Part shown: one piece after another, positions 17,193 to 18,429 of the stretch
Layout of the letters: every line of letters starts with the position of its first letter
How positions within the stretch are numbered: position 1 is the stretch's first letter
The notes under the pieces: generated by a model
What the model was told of the DNA's origin: nothing
Seen by the model: the letters and a program-made list of their open reading frames with translations, nothing else
Databases searched by the model: none
DNA from: Candidatus Zixiibacteriota bacterium
GTDB taxonomy: Bacteria > Zixibacteria > MSB-5A5 > CAIYYT01
Assembly: GCA_040235515.1 (NCBI GenBank)
Contig: JBECKX010000188.1
Location: forward strand, 1 to 18,429
DNA: 18,429 bases
Reading direction: 5' to 3'
Made by a program: the position numbers and the translations under genes

Positions 17193-18210
17193 TGCCACGC
17201 TCCTTCTGCTTGAGCCGCTTGCGTTCCGAAATCAGGACCTCCACTACGAGGAAGAGAATCGCCAGCGGCAGGATGTACTGAAACCGATCTTCATACTGAG
17301 TCATCAGTCTCTCTTCCAACTCCTTCTTCTCCATACGAGTAATATCGGAGTAGATTTCATCGAGGGCAATTTCGCCCGCCGACGCGTGATAATACTTGCC
17401 GTCGGTGGCATCGGCAGCCTGCTTGAGGGTGACCTCATCAAGCCGCGTGAGAACCAGCTCACCGTTGCGATCCTTCTTATAACCGATCATCTCACCGCGA
17501 TTGTTCCTGATCGGGATCGGCTCACCATCGGGACGACCGATGCCTATAGTATATATACGCACGCCGGCCAGTTTTGCCTTCTCGACAGACTGTTCAAGCC
17601 CTTCACCGAAATCCTCGCCGTCGGTGATCACGATCATCACCTTGTGCTTGCGCTCCTGGATATTGAATGCATCGGTCGCAACGGAGATCGCCTCCGGCAG
17701 ATTGGTGCCCGGCTGCGGAATCAAGTCTACGTCGATGATATCGAGGAAGAGCCGTGCCGCGGAGTAGTCGAGTGTCAACGGGCATTGAATATACGCCGCC
17801 CCCGCAAAGGCGACGATTCCGACCCGATCACCCTGGAGCCTGTCGAGCAGTCCGCGGACTTCCTGCTTGGCACGTTCAAGGCGATTGGGGCGCATATCCT
17901 CCGCCAGCATCGAGTTGGAGACATCTATTACGATTACCACATCCTGACCAATCCGCTTGACCAACTCCATGTGGGTTCCGAACTGCGGTCGCGCCATCGA
18001 AATCACCAGTATGATCAGCGCCATGAAGAAGAAAAGCGTCTTGTAACGGCGGCGCCTGGGCGAATAATCTCGGATCAGGCCCTTCAGCAGTTTTGCGTCG
18101 GCGAAAATGCCGAGCAACCGCCTCTTCTTGCGGGCGCTCCAGTAGGCAAAGATCGCCAGCACGACGATTACAAGAAACCCAATGAAATATTCCGGAGTTG
18201 CGAATCTCAT
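17179..18210 (-). CDS. batB: BatB-like VWA domain protein
   Basis: N-terminal MRFATPEY + TM, MARPQFG, MIDAS DVSNSM, PLTLD, ITDGED, C-terminal TM. Confidence 0.88.
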   Translation of the reverse strand: MRFATPEYFIGFLVIVVLAIFAYWSARKKRRLLGIFADAKLLKGLIRDYSPRRRRYKTLFFFMALIILVISMARPQFGTHMELVKRIGQDVVIVIDVSNSMLAEDMRPNRLERAKQEVRGLLDRLQGDRVGIVAFAGAAYIQCPLTLDYSAARLFLDIIDVDLIPQPGTNLPEAISVATDAFNIQERKHKVMIVITDGEDFGEGLEQSVEKAKLAGVRIYTIGIGRPDGEPIPIRNNRGEMIGYKKDRNGELVLTRLDEVTLKQAADATDGKYYHASAGEIALDEIYSDITRMEKKELEERLMTQYEDRFQYILPLAILFLVVEVLISERKRLKQKERGNATA

Positions 18211-18251
18211 AGCTTCTTAACTGGTTCCTTCATCCTGATTTCCCCGCCGGA

Positions 18252-18429
18252 CTACGGCAGACGGCGGAATACGGTTTCACGCAGGATCATCTCAAGCCCC
18301 AGCAGTATTCCCGCCGGCCAGAGCAGAAACGGGAAGAACTGACTGAACTGCAGGTATTCTTTAACCTTGAACTTCGTCTTTTCGAGATCTGAGATCTGCT
18401 CATAGATATTCTTCAGCATCCCCTCTGAC
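18252..18429 (-). CDS. batA: C-terminus of a BatA-like VWA domain protein (5' part outside the window)
   Basis: Manual translation SEGMLKNIYEQISDLEKTKFKVKEYLQFSQFFPFLLWPAGILLGLEMILRETVFRRLP*, a typical BatA ending, directly upstream of batB. Confidence 0.8.
   Translation of the reverse strand, partial: SEGMLKNIYEQISDLEKTKFKVKEYLQFSQFFPFLLWPAGILLGLEMILRETVFRRLP

Noticed and set aside
16449..17213. Poly-Leu 254-aa plus-strand ORF that looks like a membrane protein
   Set aside because: Reverse complement of the CAG/CAA repeats of batC.

Overview
Bacterial chromosomal window from a moderately GC-rich diderm; an FCB-group-like organism is a guess from gene content only. Every credible gene is on the minus strand. 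In transcription order (right to left): the 3' end of a batA-batB-batC-batD-batE cluster; a lysylphosphatidylglycerol-synthase-TM/YbhN-like membrane protein with its own sigma70 promoter and an apparent non-canonical ATC start; corA with a long 5' leader; tetR-tolC-MFP-RND efflux genes running without a break into the bacillithiol genes bshC-bshA-bshB1; then a strong sigma70 promoter, a ~100-nt structured leader, tRNA-Sec (selC) and selA, which is cut by the window edge and missing from the ORF track. No mobile element or CRISPR array was seen. Most notable: a tRNA-Sec with a 12-bp acceptor+T helix, the unexplained structured RNA in front of it, the overlap between the RND gene and bshC, and the ATC-initiated membrane protein. 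All family calls rest on recognised motifs; no database search was run.
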